This document shows positions 50,201 to 62,897 of a stretch of 64,000 nt of DNA, in pieces. This DNA comes from Botryllus schlosseri (taxonomy: Eukaryota). The notes below the pieces were generated by a model. That model was not told the origin of the DNA. It did not search any database and was given only the letters and a program-made list of their open reading frames with translations. The number at the start of each line of letters is the position of its first letter. Position 1 is the stretch's first letter. Where the stretch lies: positions 26,476,001 through 26,540,000 of the forward strand of contig CM119372.1 in NCBI GenBank assembly GCA_051294905.1, written 5' to 3'. Both the position numbers and the translations under genes were made by a program.

Positions 50201-51991
50201 CTGCCGGTCCGCGAGGCATTTTACAATTTCATACCTTAATTTCATGGTGAAATATGTTGAAGGCTTGTCGATTGATAAAATCAATAAAGCATCAAAATTT
50301 AAACTGATTGAGAACATCGTGAGGTAGTATTAGGTCTGGAAACATTTGACTTGAAGTTCAAGCCGTGTCATTCGACGACATGTGAGCGACCAGTACAAGA
50401 TGACTTGCTAAAATGCGCAGTTTGCAGGATGATTGGTTTTCCATTCATTCGTTTTGTGCAGTATAGTAACTATGGTAACTGCCACACTACAACCCCTAAT
50501 TGATAGGGGCCGAGCTTGAAGGAGCTCGAAGTTATTTCGTGAATGAACATAAACTAAAGATTATTTTAGGTGAAACTTCATCCAACTTTTAAAAACAAAA
50601 TTTCACACTTTGTCCGATTTGGTGTCACTAAATAAATTGGATATTGAGTGATCAGGCATTTTCGGCGTCAGCCATTGCCGCGTCACGACGCACCAATGCA
50701 TGATGAAGTTTGGGCTAATACAGGACTGCGCGAAGTGTGCCAAACATTTTGCAGCGACAAAACCTTGGCCGAAATGACTGCCCTTTGTAGACAAAAAACC
50801 GCGATATAAATATGTTAAATTGTCCATTGGCAGCTAAATGAATGGAGCCGAATTTCCCAGTACTGGCAATCTTTACCCCACAGGAAAAACGCCATCCCAC
50901 AGAGAAAGTTATTTTCCTGTGAAGAAATAGCAATTTGGAATCGTGTGCTTCTTTTAGCTTAGTACACTTGGGCGATTTCAATATCTATTCACTATGTAAC
51001 AGACAGTAGGTCATGAATTAATGACATGCAACAAAGTAATTATTAGTGACAGTCCAGCCCGAATATGTTTAATTTGATTACATGCCATAAATTTTCCAAG
51101 ACGACACCTCACTCAGCTCTACCGGAGAATCTGCTTCTGATAGGATAAAATAAAATATAGCAATATATACGCAATTACCAATATTATTGACGGATTTGGT
51201 CATGAATTATAGAAAATTTCCACGCTTTTAGCGATTAGGCTACGTAGACTCTCTGCCGGCACTTAGTAGAACGGATGTGCTCTCAAGCAGTGGTGAGAGC
51301 ATCCATCTAGCTGTGGGGCCAAAAACTAACGTTTTTCAGGGGTTGACTGACAAAGTGCCTTTTCGGCACTGGTTTTGTGTATGGCCATTGGCCAGGTATA
51401 GCTGTTGACAGGTGTTTTCGTGCGGCACATTGTATCCGTAGTAGCCAGAGTAGCCTACGTCTGGTGGTAGTGAGCAATCAGCATTCAGCAAGGTAGCACG
51501 ACAAGGTGCTTGGTTCGACTCCCAAACACTTCTTCTCACGATATTGTCGAAGAGAATAATTTTATTCGAGTTGACATGGTCGGTTAAATCCAGGGCATAC
51601 GGCGCGAAAGACTGTAAACGACTCTCCGCGGTCGCACGTTTATCTGGCCAAGGCAATTTTACTTTGACGCAGCAGACTCACTACCGAAAAATCTCATGGA
51701 TACCATCATGAACATAATTAATTACGATCCAAACCCTAAAATGTCACTCTCTAGCACCATATACTTGCAAAAAACGGCTTCATACTCTACATTTGGGGTT
51801 GATTTCAATTTCTGAAAGTCCACCGGTCCGCGAAATATTTTTGAAATTTTACCGGTCCGCGAGGTGAAAAAGGTTGAGAACCACTGGCCTAGAGCTACAA
51901 TTCCGGTATCAGATTGTATAACTCTGAAAGTTACATCGATTGCACGCAATAACTTTTACCTGGCTATTGTACTTAGAGAGATATTGGCATA
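44240..51991 (+). repeat. 159-bp satellite array, right part (~37 monomers to 50147, plus a remnant at 51887-51991 after the hAT insertion)
   Basis: Same monomer and orientation as the left array; internal block duplications at offsets 2382 and 2541 (15 and 16 monomers). Confidence 0.97.
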
Positions 51992-52614
51992 CACTGTTAG
52001 AAAAATCCGTAAATTCACACCTTTTTGAGCAGTAAACGAGTTTACATACGTGATCGTAACTAAATTTACGGTTGTTTAAGCCGTAGTCAATTACGGACAC
52101 GAGATCGTAATTCGATTCACCGAATCAATCCGTAAATTATTTCATTTGTCACACGAATGGGTGTGGGTGGACATTTCTTGTGGCCAAGAAAGAAAGATTT
52201 TGATAAAATTGTAATTCCATATACAATAGGGTTACATAAACCCGTACAGTATTACGATTTTGCTAGTACGATTTCAGCACGGCGTGTCAGAGATTGCTGA
52301 CAATCAGCATTTTGAAAATATGCATTTATAGATATAGGAATTCAATATCGCAACAATCAATAGTTTCATGTTGACATAATTTCAGTAGGCCAGCCGTTCT
52401 AACACCAAGTAGGCTTAAGAATAGATTGTATGGTGGTACATCGACTTGAAGGGTTATAGTCATCTTTATATTTAATAACAGGAGCTAATCAGGCGCAAAG
52501 TCACTCAACTCGCAACTTTCATCAGGCGGGAAGCCAGCGATAGTTCTTTTGTTCGATATCCCAGGGGATTAGCGAGGAAAATTGAGGTTAAGAATTGCCA
52601 GACGGGATACAGCG
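50004..52614 (+). repeat. Right arm of the long inverted duplication
   Basis: Reverse complement of 1-2783 with scattered substitutions and indels. Confidence 0.95.
50148..51886. mobile_element. Non-autonomous hAT element (inverted duplicate of 980-2639)
   Basis: Same TIR CAGTGGTTCTCAACC; TSD GCCTAGAG at 50140-50147 and 51887-51894. Confidence 0.9.
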
Positions 52615-53802
52615 GTTGTTTTCTACTGCAGTGATTTTAGTATTTGATTAATCAGCAATACGATACGCTGAATGTGAAATAATGACGCTCTGTACCTACA
52701 GGGAGCTCTACAAATACAAAAGTGATAAGCTTTTCATTTTCTTTTCGTGTAATAAATTCCAGCTGGCTGGTGCGAATTAAATTGTTTTTCAAAAAAAGTA
52801 CGAATGGAGCTCAAAAAGGTTGAAAAGCACTGGTCTACGGTATTGTCTTGCTCTACCCAGAGTCTTCGTAATAGTATATACAATATACATTGACATTATT
52901 GCAAGCTGCAATGACATCGACAAGCTGTGCCGTTACATCGTGTGATGTCAAAAGGAATGACGCATCGCATACTCTTCATAAAATTCCTTCTGAAATTGCA
53001 CTAAGACGACAGTGGTTTAGTGCCATAGGAATCTCGTTGACCAAGAAAGAGCAGAAAAAAAAATTTGTATGCAGTAAGCATTTCAAGAGGGGCGATTTTA
53101 CTCGTCATCGTAAAGGAAATAGCAAGCGCCGACGACTTAAAAAGGGTTGGTGGCAATCATCTCTAGCAAACTCCTGTGTATATTTATATAATGTTCCTTT
53201 GTATTTATTGACAGAAGCTGTACCTTCGATGTATCTTACGAAGAAGTTCTATAAAACCAAGAACGTAACAGATCACAAATTGACTATAGTTTTGAAGGAA
53301 GATCAATCTTTGGAGGAATCTTGTCAAGTAAGGCTGCATTTGCTTTCCCCTAAGACGTGTTGGATTGACTTTTGGTCCTCTCTGTTTAGTCATCTGACTC
53401 GGATTTTATGGGCTCAACATGTTCGAAATTGATTGGTGGGAAGCCCACCAAGTCTAAGGTATTGGTGGGTAACTATATTTAAAGTTCCCTATATGCATTA
53501 TATGACTTTTATCTCGACAGGCAGTTGCAAAAACAACAGCAATTAAAGAATCTCCATAGTCACCAAAACTCAATTAATCTTGCAATGTAAGTCCTTGTTT
53601 TCAATTTCACATAACAATGATTCCATAGGCATTTGCAACGTTTTCTTTCAGTCATCGGATTCAGATTTTATTGAATCGAAATCTAATACAGCCATCAATA
53701 AAAAACCTTCCACGCAGAAGCTTCAAGTAAGTACACTTGAGTTAATTGATTTGAGAAGGTATACTTGCATGAATATGTGTGTAGCGTCTTTGTTGTGTAG
53801 TC

Positions 53803-55452
53803 CATGGGTCGGCAACCTTTTGCTAGTCACGGGCCAGACATCGATTGTACAACTCTTTGGCGGGCCGGAATTTTCATTTTTACTATAATTCACACTCACT
53901 TTAGGGGGTCGCCAGCTCAAATTAGTCTAGGATCACTTTCCCAACTTGATAGACGTCGCGGGCCGCACGATTTTATTGTCAACACCTAATATTTGGCATC
54001 TGATGAGCTTTTAGCTAAGGTGAAAAGGCATTATATCAATGTAACGTGTTGTCGTCTACACGTGTGGTAAAAATATTGTTAAAAAGAATCGCTGCTTTAC
54101 CTTAATACAGCACTAATAATTATACGTATTGAAAGGAAAGGACATAGTCCATTTTTGTCATTGATTTTTTTTGCGGCATACACACCCATTCATGATATAG
54201 GCCTACAAACACGCGATCTGTGCATACTGCATACGCATACCATCAGTGCGTGGATGTGCATATGCCGCTGGACAAGGAAGGTGGATTTCCAAGTCTTGCA
54301 CCCAGCGTTACTCAATCAGGTCCTTGATCAGATCCGGCCAGGAATCAAACCCGCAATCTACCGATCAAGAAGCCGGACGCTTCACCTTTACACTATCTTG
54401 ACGGTATTTATCATAGCATGATGCATATTCTGTTTAAGTTAATATTTGCATAAGACGGTGGCACGACAATTGAGCTAAATTTGAACTTGAACTGGGGGGT
54501 CCGCGGGGGTGCGTGATCGTTCAAAAGGGTTCTGTGAAGACAAAAAGGTTGGGAATCACCGACATATTGGATCTACCTTACGCTCGAGACTGCCAGAACA
54601 TCTCCAAGTGGTCTTGACACCAGCAAATCAACGACCTATCAGCATCCAGTCGCAGCAAAAGCGCGGCCAGCTATCGAGTGCAGGGCATACTACAGAATCT
54701 ACATCATGCTATTAAGAGGTTTAGAGATTTTTCGGGCCTCCTGAAAGTGCTTCGCGGACCCGCGGTTGATAACCACTGCATTGTGTTGACCATGGCTATC
54801 TAGTTGCTAGTAAGGGCATGGTGGGCGGGGTGAATTCAGTTTCATCGGCCTGTCGTCTTTTGCGAGCACGCTATATGTAATGTCGAAGTCATTTTTAGCG
54901 CAAAATGGTGATGTTGAAAGCGAGAGAATAATCTTTGCGGAAACGATCAAGATTTTTACAAATAGTATTTCAAGCATTTAGAAATACAATATTGATATAC
55001 ATTTTCCGAAATCTGAAACAAGGTCGCGGGCTGCAAAAACACACCTGGCAGCGTGTTGGTGACCCCTGGTCTAATGTAATGCGGTGCATCGTATACTGGT
55101 ACGCCCTTCTAAAATTAAGTCACACTTTCGGGTGTACGATACATCTGGATGAAGAGAACTGGTCTACTCTACGAGTTTACTCTGCAGACAATCTCGTAAT
55201 TACTTGGTACGAGATACTATAACTATAATCTATCGTTTTCGAGACAGTTTTATGGCGTAACAATGGTCTATTAGGGTGTTTTGATATAGTAGAAATACCA
55301 CACTATTTCCAAACAGTGCCAACACTGCAGTTTGGAACTCCACGGGAAACGGCGGGTCGCATTCTCTTGATAACTAATTATCATGTCGCGGGCCAGACGA
55401 TTTCGCTTGGCGGGCCGGATCCGGCCCGCGGGCCGAAGGTTGCCGACCCTTG
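53803..55452. mobile_element. hAT MITE with further nested fragments, in an intron of the transposase gene
   Basis: TIR CATGGGTCGGCAACC...GGTTGCCGACCCTTG; TSD GTGTAGTC at 53795-53802 and 55453-55460. Confidence 0.85.
54300..54403 (-). mobile_element. tRNA-derived SINE head (degenerate)
   Basis: Minus strand GATAGTGTAAAGGTGAAGCG...GCGGGTTTGATTCCTGGCCGG has A-box- and B-box-like motifs at tRNA spacing. Confidence 0.5.
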
Positions 55453-55566
55453 GTGTAGTCATTGGAATTGCATGAAAAAAGCTTTGTCTAAGATTGCAGT
55501 TAGTGCACTTGTACAGTGACCCCAATTTGTCCACTTGATGGTTATTATTTGACAAATATTGTAGAT

Positions 55567-56757
55567 CAGAGGTCTCAAACACGCGGCCCGCCAGAGCATT
55601 TTGGGCGGCCCGCAGCGACATTTTAGATTTTTATTAATTTGACAATATCTAAGTGTCACATATATCTTTTCAGCTTATAAAGTGAAAATTCCCTCTTACA
55701 TTGCTCCGAAAGCCTGAAACTATTCATCAAACTTCACGATCACATCAATTGCAAACGCTACCATGCAGTGAAAGATTCACTATTACGCCACATTTCCAAT
55801 GCATGATGACAAAACCTGACCCTAAGACGATTCGTGACTGAAATTTGTGAGTTGGACTTGGACGCGACCTTTCTTAGAATTACGCAGACTCGGGCTAACT
55901 CAATGACAAAATGAAAATGACTCGAGTGGACTCGGAGTGACTCGGAATGCCGTGAATTTGTCAGAACCATGGACGCAACAAAATTATCGCGCATCAGGGG
56001 AATAGTATTAAATCAGAAGGTCGCAGCTTGGTATTTCGCTAACTAAGCAAGTAGTTATGGCAACTATTGGCAATCTGTTAGTTACATCTTTGGTCGGTAA
56101 ATCATGTTATTAAGGCCACTTAAAGGTACCGAGTACCGTGGTGGTACGCTCCAACGATATAACAATAATGGGGCGTTGGGCGTTCCGACATTTCAATCAC
56201 TGGGACACATTCATTAATATATTTATATTATATTTATATTTTTTCTGCTCCTATATTTGAAGATATTTGGACACGAGATTAATAGCCTACTTATCAGAAG
56301 TATACCTGAATCCTGGATTGGAATTACAATGCTCAACCTAAAAATGTTTTGATATCAGATCAGTCTCTATTATCAATCTGTTAAATTGAAAATATTCATA
56401 GTAGCTGCAAAATTATCACCCGATAGCATTCATGATGGCACCATACATTTGTCCGGCCATATGGTGTCTATATCATATAATTAATATATATCAAGTACAA
56501 CAACAATTCCATTCAAATAGTTATAAATGTGATGATTCTTTTCGTGTCAGGTCTAAATTGATGCAAGAGTAAATCAAAGTTTGGCGATCTGTGTTTACTG
56601 TCAGTCTGTTGGATCGGCTCACTTCAATAGGACAATTCATTCCCGCCAAATAAGGCCTACTTGGAAAGGCATAAAATACACCTACAAATGCTGCGGCCCG
56701 CATTGTCGTCAAAACTGGAAAACTGGCCCGCGAGCACATTTGAGTTTGAGACCTCTG
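55567..56757. mobile_element. hAT MITE
   Basis: TIR CAGAGGTCTCAAAC...GTTTGAGACCTCTG; 8-bp TSD TTGTAGAT/CTGTAGAT (one mismatch). Confidence 0.8.
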
Positions 56758-59408
56758 CTGTAGATTTTGGTGAGAAGACTCCCTCGTGAACTTCTTGCTG
56801 GTGCAGCTACTGAATCGAGTCATGTAAGTAGATATCCCATATCATACCGTGCGTATTAATATCTTCAACATATTTCTATTCAGTCATCAGACTCCGACTT
56901 CATGACACCAGTTTGCCGTTCATCCGGCAATACAAAATCGCCTGTGTTCAAGGTGGTGACGGGTATACCAACTTTCTACAAAGTCAGGCTAATGTGTTCC
57001 ATAACATTATTTCTCGGTTGACTCCAATAAACTTGAAAGAACCAAGGAGAACTCTTGCTGATCCGTTTAAAAGCCCCGTTTCTAAACGCAGGAAAGGTGA
57101 TTGTGACGTGAGATAGCCCTGCTACTTTTCTAATCACAGTACATCAAAATAACAACCCATCATTTTGTTACCAAGGACTTCAGCATTACGTCGTCACTCA
57201 GCACGATCGAGCCTCTTTCAAATGTTGAAACAAGCCTGTGTAGTGAAGATGCGACAAACAGTCAACAAATTGATGAAAGTAGGACAATTCTGGTATTTCA
57301 ACAACTACTTCGATACGCATTCAGCAAGTGTGAAGTAAGTCATGTTGCAGCACTTTGTGACATGTGCATCTTCTTTATGTACACCTTTATCAGCTATGCT
57401 GTTCAAAGACTGAAATTAGGACGTCGTACAAGGGTACTCATATGTCCATGGCAATTGTATGCCACAACTGCTCTGAAATCAGGATCTGGAATTCTTCACC
57501 AGAAATTAGAAATATGTCTGCAATGAACCTTTCGGCTGTTGGCGCGACGATATATTCGGGAGCCACGTACACTGATATTGCAGATTTTTTCAAAATACTG
57601 GACACTAACTACATTTCGGAACGTCGTTTTTATGATATACAATCGCACAATATATTTTGCCAACTATTGCGACCTACTATGAGGAACATATGGAGGATGT
57701 CTTACGGGAGATGAAGAGTCAATGTAAACCAATGACGGTGATGGGCGATCAGACTCACTTGGGTATTCTGCAAAATATATGGTTTATTCATTTATGGAAG
57801 AGAAGACTGAGAAGATTGTCCACGTCCAATTGGTTCAAAAAACAGAGTGCTCCAGCAGTGTTGCAATGGAAAAAGTTGGTATGGAGCGTGCCTTGGATGC
57901 ATTACTTGCTCAAGGTTTGTCGATTGAAACCGTTGTGACTGACCGGGCACCAAGCATCAGGAAATTGTTGAAGGATAAATATCCATCAATCAATCACCAG
58001 TTTGATGTGTGGCATGTCTGCAAAGGTAACTGAATACTGTTATTATTTGAATCTTCTTTTGCCTTACTAACCATTTCTCAGCACTGAAAAAAAGTTGGTG
58101 TCTCTGGGTAAGAAGAAAGCTATGGAAGACTTGCTACCATGGACAAGAAGCATCACTAATCACTTGTGGTGGTGCTGTCAGCATTGTGGTCAAGATAGCA
58201 GTGTAAGTCTACATATCAACTACGTCTGACATCACATATTAGGAACTTTTTATATAACAATATGCAATTGCAGGTGCTAAAAAGAATATGGTAATCTCTT
58301 CTGCGTCACATCACCGGCGAACATGAGTGGACAGTTGACGGGGAGACATTTTCCTGCAGACATGGCATTTTGACTGGGGATCAGTGCCTAAGAACTAGAT
58401 GGTTGCAATGTGGATCTCCTAGTTTCAAAGCATCGAAATCTTTGATAGAAAACAAAAGTTTGATCCGGGATTTGGAGCAGATGACTCTGTTCAAACATAC
58501 TGGTAATTTGTATGACTCATCACATCTGCACACCAGTTATCGCAGCATGGTCAGATCATTACAATTCACACCTTCCTTTTTTAGGATCTTTGGAAGTTTA
58601 TCACAACGTCATATTGAAATTTGCACCTAAACGTCTTCATTTAACTTATGAAACGATGCTTGCACGAACCAAATTGGCTGTCCTGGACCACAATGAGAAT
58701 GTTGGTAGATTTCAGGCGGTGACACGAGCAGGTTTGCTGTGCAGATGAAATGTTTGCAAGTCAAGGTACTTAGTTACTTACTCTATATTTGTTTAAGCAG
58801 GCGTTCTACGATGCAAAAAAAGTTACTCTCGGTCAGCAAAAGAGTGGATCTTGAAAAACGTGCATTAAAAGAAGACGAACCACGATGCGAGAGAGCTTTT
58901 GAGGCGAACTACTGAGAATCGCGCTGGCATCAACTTCCCCAGTAACATTTCAAGAAGTGTGCATCCAGTCAGCATTGAACCAGAACCAGCCCCCCCCCCC
59001 CCTCCCCCCTAAAGAGGAATTACGTCGTTCTACATTCTAAAAAGTTTAAGAACCACTGTTCTAGAACGTGACTGAGATACAATACAATACATCTCTACCG
59101 TACATCTTCGAGTTGTATGGCGTGCTGCGTAGCTTACTACCCCAATTTCATTCTTCCACTGCCTGACTTCCCCGTTGTAATACCCTGGCTATATATTCCT
59201 CGGATGTTTCTGTTATTTATTAAAAATTGCGTTTTTAATAAATAACGAGTTAAAAATTGCATTTTTACTAAATAACGAGTAAGCAAAGTAGTGATGTATC
59301 AGGCACAGCAGCCATCGGTGGAATATAGAATGCAAAAAGTTCCAGTTCAGTGTCTAATACAGCTACTGAACTGCTTTAGACTTATATGCAGAGCCGTAGT
59401 GTTATCAA

Positions 59409-59590
59409 TCACAGTTCGTTTTCTATCGGCCATTTGAAACCGACATACAGTCCATCATCACTAGGGTACTTTTGCCTTATAGCAGTCACAATGCAGGCTG
59501 GCAAGGGCATCCTGTTTTTGCTACCCAAAACGTCGCCATCAATAATCCATTCCAGTATGTGTCGATAAGACACCAAGCGATATTGTCTGC
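59409..59590 (-). CDS. Last exon of a KolX-like / P2X7 ballast-domain-like gene, convergent with the transposase
   Basis: YRLVSYRHILEWI...LGSKNRMPLPACIVTAIRQKYPSDDGLYVGFK matches the R..AYR...W...LG...R..LP.C....IR..FP...Y.GF pattern. Upstream exons not resolved. Confidence 0.75.
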
Positions 59591-61749
59591 AATTGGAAAA
59601 TATCAAAGTATATTGCAGCAATAAAAAAAATGCTGAAAACTAATAGCAGCATATATATGACGGATAGTATAATGCTCCCAATTTATAAAGTGTAGGCATT
59701 TATTTAAAAGCATGCGAGAAAAGGTGGAGAATGCAGGAAATGGCCGTTTATATCCGGGAACCATGTCATAAGTCCAAGACCCCTGTCGCATACCCAGTAA
59801 ACACAGTACAGACCAAAGATGTAGAAAGCCGAGACCGATATAGTAGATATTAGATCTCGGCAGGTCGTAGAAAGGGGGATTTTGTGTCGACTCAATTCAA
59901 TGTCTTTTCCATGTCCTTCAATAATGTGAATATTATGCAGATGCTACAGCCTTTAAACATGGTGAGTAGAATGTAGATCCTACATTAAAAGAATATCCTG
60001 ATATAATAACCTGTTTTCTACCACTGGGCATAACCTGATCACGGCTGCGTACACACACACACACCATATTATCTACTACATATTAATCACATTTGCGGTA
60101 ATTTAATTCAAAACGAATTGGCAAGTAAATAATGCCGGTGTAAAAAATGAAACGAACGAAATTACTTGAAGGGTCAAGTAGCAATGAATGAAACTATGAG
60201 AACAGTCAGTAATCAGAAGGCTTCATCGTCTGATGATGATAATCCCTCTGGCGTTTTCTTTTCAACACCCTGTAGAAATAAAATGAAAATGACGATTATT
60301 AGCTAAGACATTCGTACTGCGAAAATGGCAGAGGTAGCGAGTAAAGAATGACTCCTACATTTTTTTCACCCATACTTACTAAAATGGATTTGATTCTGGA
60401 CTATTTCCACTCAAGTTTTCAAGTTTTTATTATTATATTTTTTAATATTATATGACTAGAGAACTGACTTCAATCGCCAATTCTATTTGATTATCAAGAT
60501 CAACGATGACTACTTCAGCAATCTTTGAAAACAGCCACTAACACAAAAAGAATTCTTGACTAAAATTTCTTCACATTCTGTCAAAAATGATCAATTCAAC
60601 AATCCAAATGAATCAGTTATTTGGCAGCTAGTTGGAGAGATATATACTCGAGTCTAGAAAGTGGAATGATACTCTGCCTGGAAAGCTGAAGACCTAACAA
60701 TATTGTGTACAGAGAACAAAACATTTGAGTGGCGGCACTGGTATAGACATTAACAAATTATTAGAATTGACAGCAAGATAACCAGCAAGACATTAAAATG
60801 AGAATTAGTGCAGTTTCTTAGGCTGTAGTGATACTCAGCCAGTAATTGACCTAGCAGAGAGCAAAACGTTGTAAAAAAAGCGAGCGAAACCTCCGACAAA
60901 TGATACGATAAAACATTAGAATCGACAGTCTTACTAGAAGCAGAATAACAATCATGAGGGGTTAGAGAACAGAAGCCCGGGAAGTGACCATCAGAAATTA
61001 CTGCATACTGGCCGAACAAATCCATGACCACTAACAAATGGTCTTTTAATAGTCAATATTGATACCAAATGACACCACCCCTATTTCCCCGCAACATTTA
61101 GCAAATACAGCGCTGGAGTCAACCTTATAAAGCGCTAACCAAACGCTCATTAGTTTTCCCACCTACTACTTCGCGCTTCGCGGATGGACATACGCATTAA
61201 AGCGAATGGACGCGACTTGTCACACTCTTGCTATTTCTGCTCCCTTTTTCTCTTCCTTCCTCTTGAGGAGAGAAACAGTCGGCCGCGTTTACGGATCATG
61301 AATTCCCGGCTTAAGGGTGATTCTTCCTCCAATGGTCAGCACCTTGAAAATTGAGAACAATGTTGTTGCAAAAAGCATGACAATTTGAAAGTTACATCAT
61401 TCTAATTATCCCAGTTATGGCCGTGAATCGTTACAAGTGCGGTAACCATAAGAATTATTACTATACTTCAACTACAAATACAATATATTGTATAAAATAA
61501 TTACTAATTCTTTTACGTTGATCGAGTCGCAAATGGATGAAATATGTCAAAGAATTTGCTAAATTTTTTTTGTATAATTTGACAGATTCTGAAATCTTCT
61601 CAAAGTGCACCTTTCAAAAATTTGATATCAAAACTCCCAACATTTTACAATTCGAAGTTGGATGGCTTAACCGATACAAGCGAACAGTTTGTATCGCAAT
61701 TGACGATTATGTATAGAACGCTGCGAGACATGTGAGTAGGCCTACCCTA

Positions 61750-62105
61750 AAACGTTTCTCTGACATGGACATTAGGGCTCTTAGAAGAGGGCTCTTAGAC
61801 TTTTTTTTCTCAAATCGTTCTTGCTACTTGATAAAATTGTTAGGTTACCTAATTCAAGCCTACACACCAAATTTGGTTCAATTCCAACCAGTAGCCGCAT
61901 TGCTACAGGAAAAGAATGTTTCTATTTATTATATAAAAATAAATAGAAAAAATTTGAAAATTTTCTGTTCACCCCATGAAAGTGTTAGGTTATGTATAGA
62001 AACGATGTTCATCAAATTTGGTTCGATTCAAACCAGTGGAAGCGGAGTTATTGCCATCGAAAAATTCGGATTTTAATAAAATAGCATTTACGGTGGGCAC
62101 CACTA
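61750..62105 (+). mobile_element. Probable Helentron/DINE-1-like non-autonomous repeat fragment
   Basis: Two diverged AAATTTGGTTC.ATTC.AACCAGT units and a terminal GGTGGGCACCACTA hairpin-like end; family resemblance only. Confidence 0.4.
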
Positions 62106-62431
62106 TAATAAATAATTAAAGAATTGTGTCACGCTGTCATACTGTTTTACGCAACCATTGTTATGCACTGCATTGTTGCTGTGTTCTGGCTCCATTGATG
62201 TTATTTCTAAATTCGACATTAATGCGTCATAATTCTCCATCTGGTTTTGAATTAAACTCTGTTTTGCTTCCTTTATGGTGCCGGTAGCTCTTTAATAGGC
62301 ACGCGAAAAGTTCTTCGGGTTTCAATAACGTTTTTCATGAAGGTACTTTTGAAAGCAGTATTAAAATTTTGTACCACCAACCAGTTATTTAATTACTATT
62401 TATCTTCAAAGTAAATGCTCATTGCATGAAG

Positions 62432-62897
62432 CAGGGTTGTAAGACTCGAGTCAGGATTTTCTGTTGACTCGACTTGACTCAGGTCATGTTCTCAAAGTAC
62501 TGAAATGACTCGACTCATTGCGCATGACTTGAGACTCAGACTACCAAGACCGACATTTCATGATTATTTCAAAGAATAGTACAGCAAATCGCTATTGGGA
62601 TTTCGTCTATTGATACTGGTATTTGAAAATGCGGCCAGAAACTGCTAAAAGTAAGGAAAATTCGTATATTATAAATGCGACCCACTCGATATCACAAAAA
62701 AGTTGGTTTAACAAGACTTAAATTGGAAACTGAGCAGCTAACACAATGGCTCTGGCTCGAGTCATAATACCATAACTCGGACTCGGCCCTCTGCTCGCTG
62801 ACTTGGACTCGGTGGTGAATTGAAAATGACTAGAGTAAAAACTATAAAAGTGAGATTGACTTGCGACTCGGAGCCTTGTGACTTGGTTACAACCCTG
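62432..62897. mobile_element. hAT-like MITE with GACTCGAGT-type subterminal repeats
   Basis: TIR CAGGGTTGTAA...TTACAACCCTG; TSD GCATGAAG at 62424-62431 and 62898-62905. Confidence 0.85.

Larger units (their letters stand above)
52911..59040 (+). pseudogene. Intron-containing THAP-domain DDE transposase, Kolobok-like, disrupted
   Basis: THAP motif CAVTSC...HKIP...W...VCSKHF...L/AVPS, split by a GT..AG intron at ~53146-53214. Core at 57300-58900: NLSAVGATIYSG, YSAKY, SVAMEKVG, VVTDR, HQFDVWHVCK, NHLWWCC, LEVYHNVILKFAPKR, LAVLDHNEN. Frameshifts and stops present. Confidence 0.8.
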
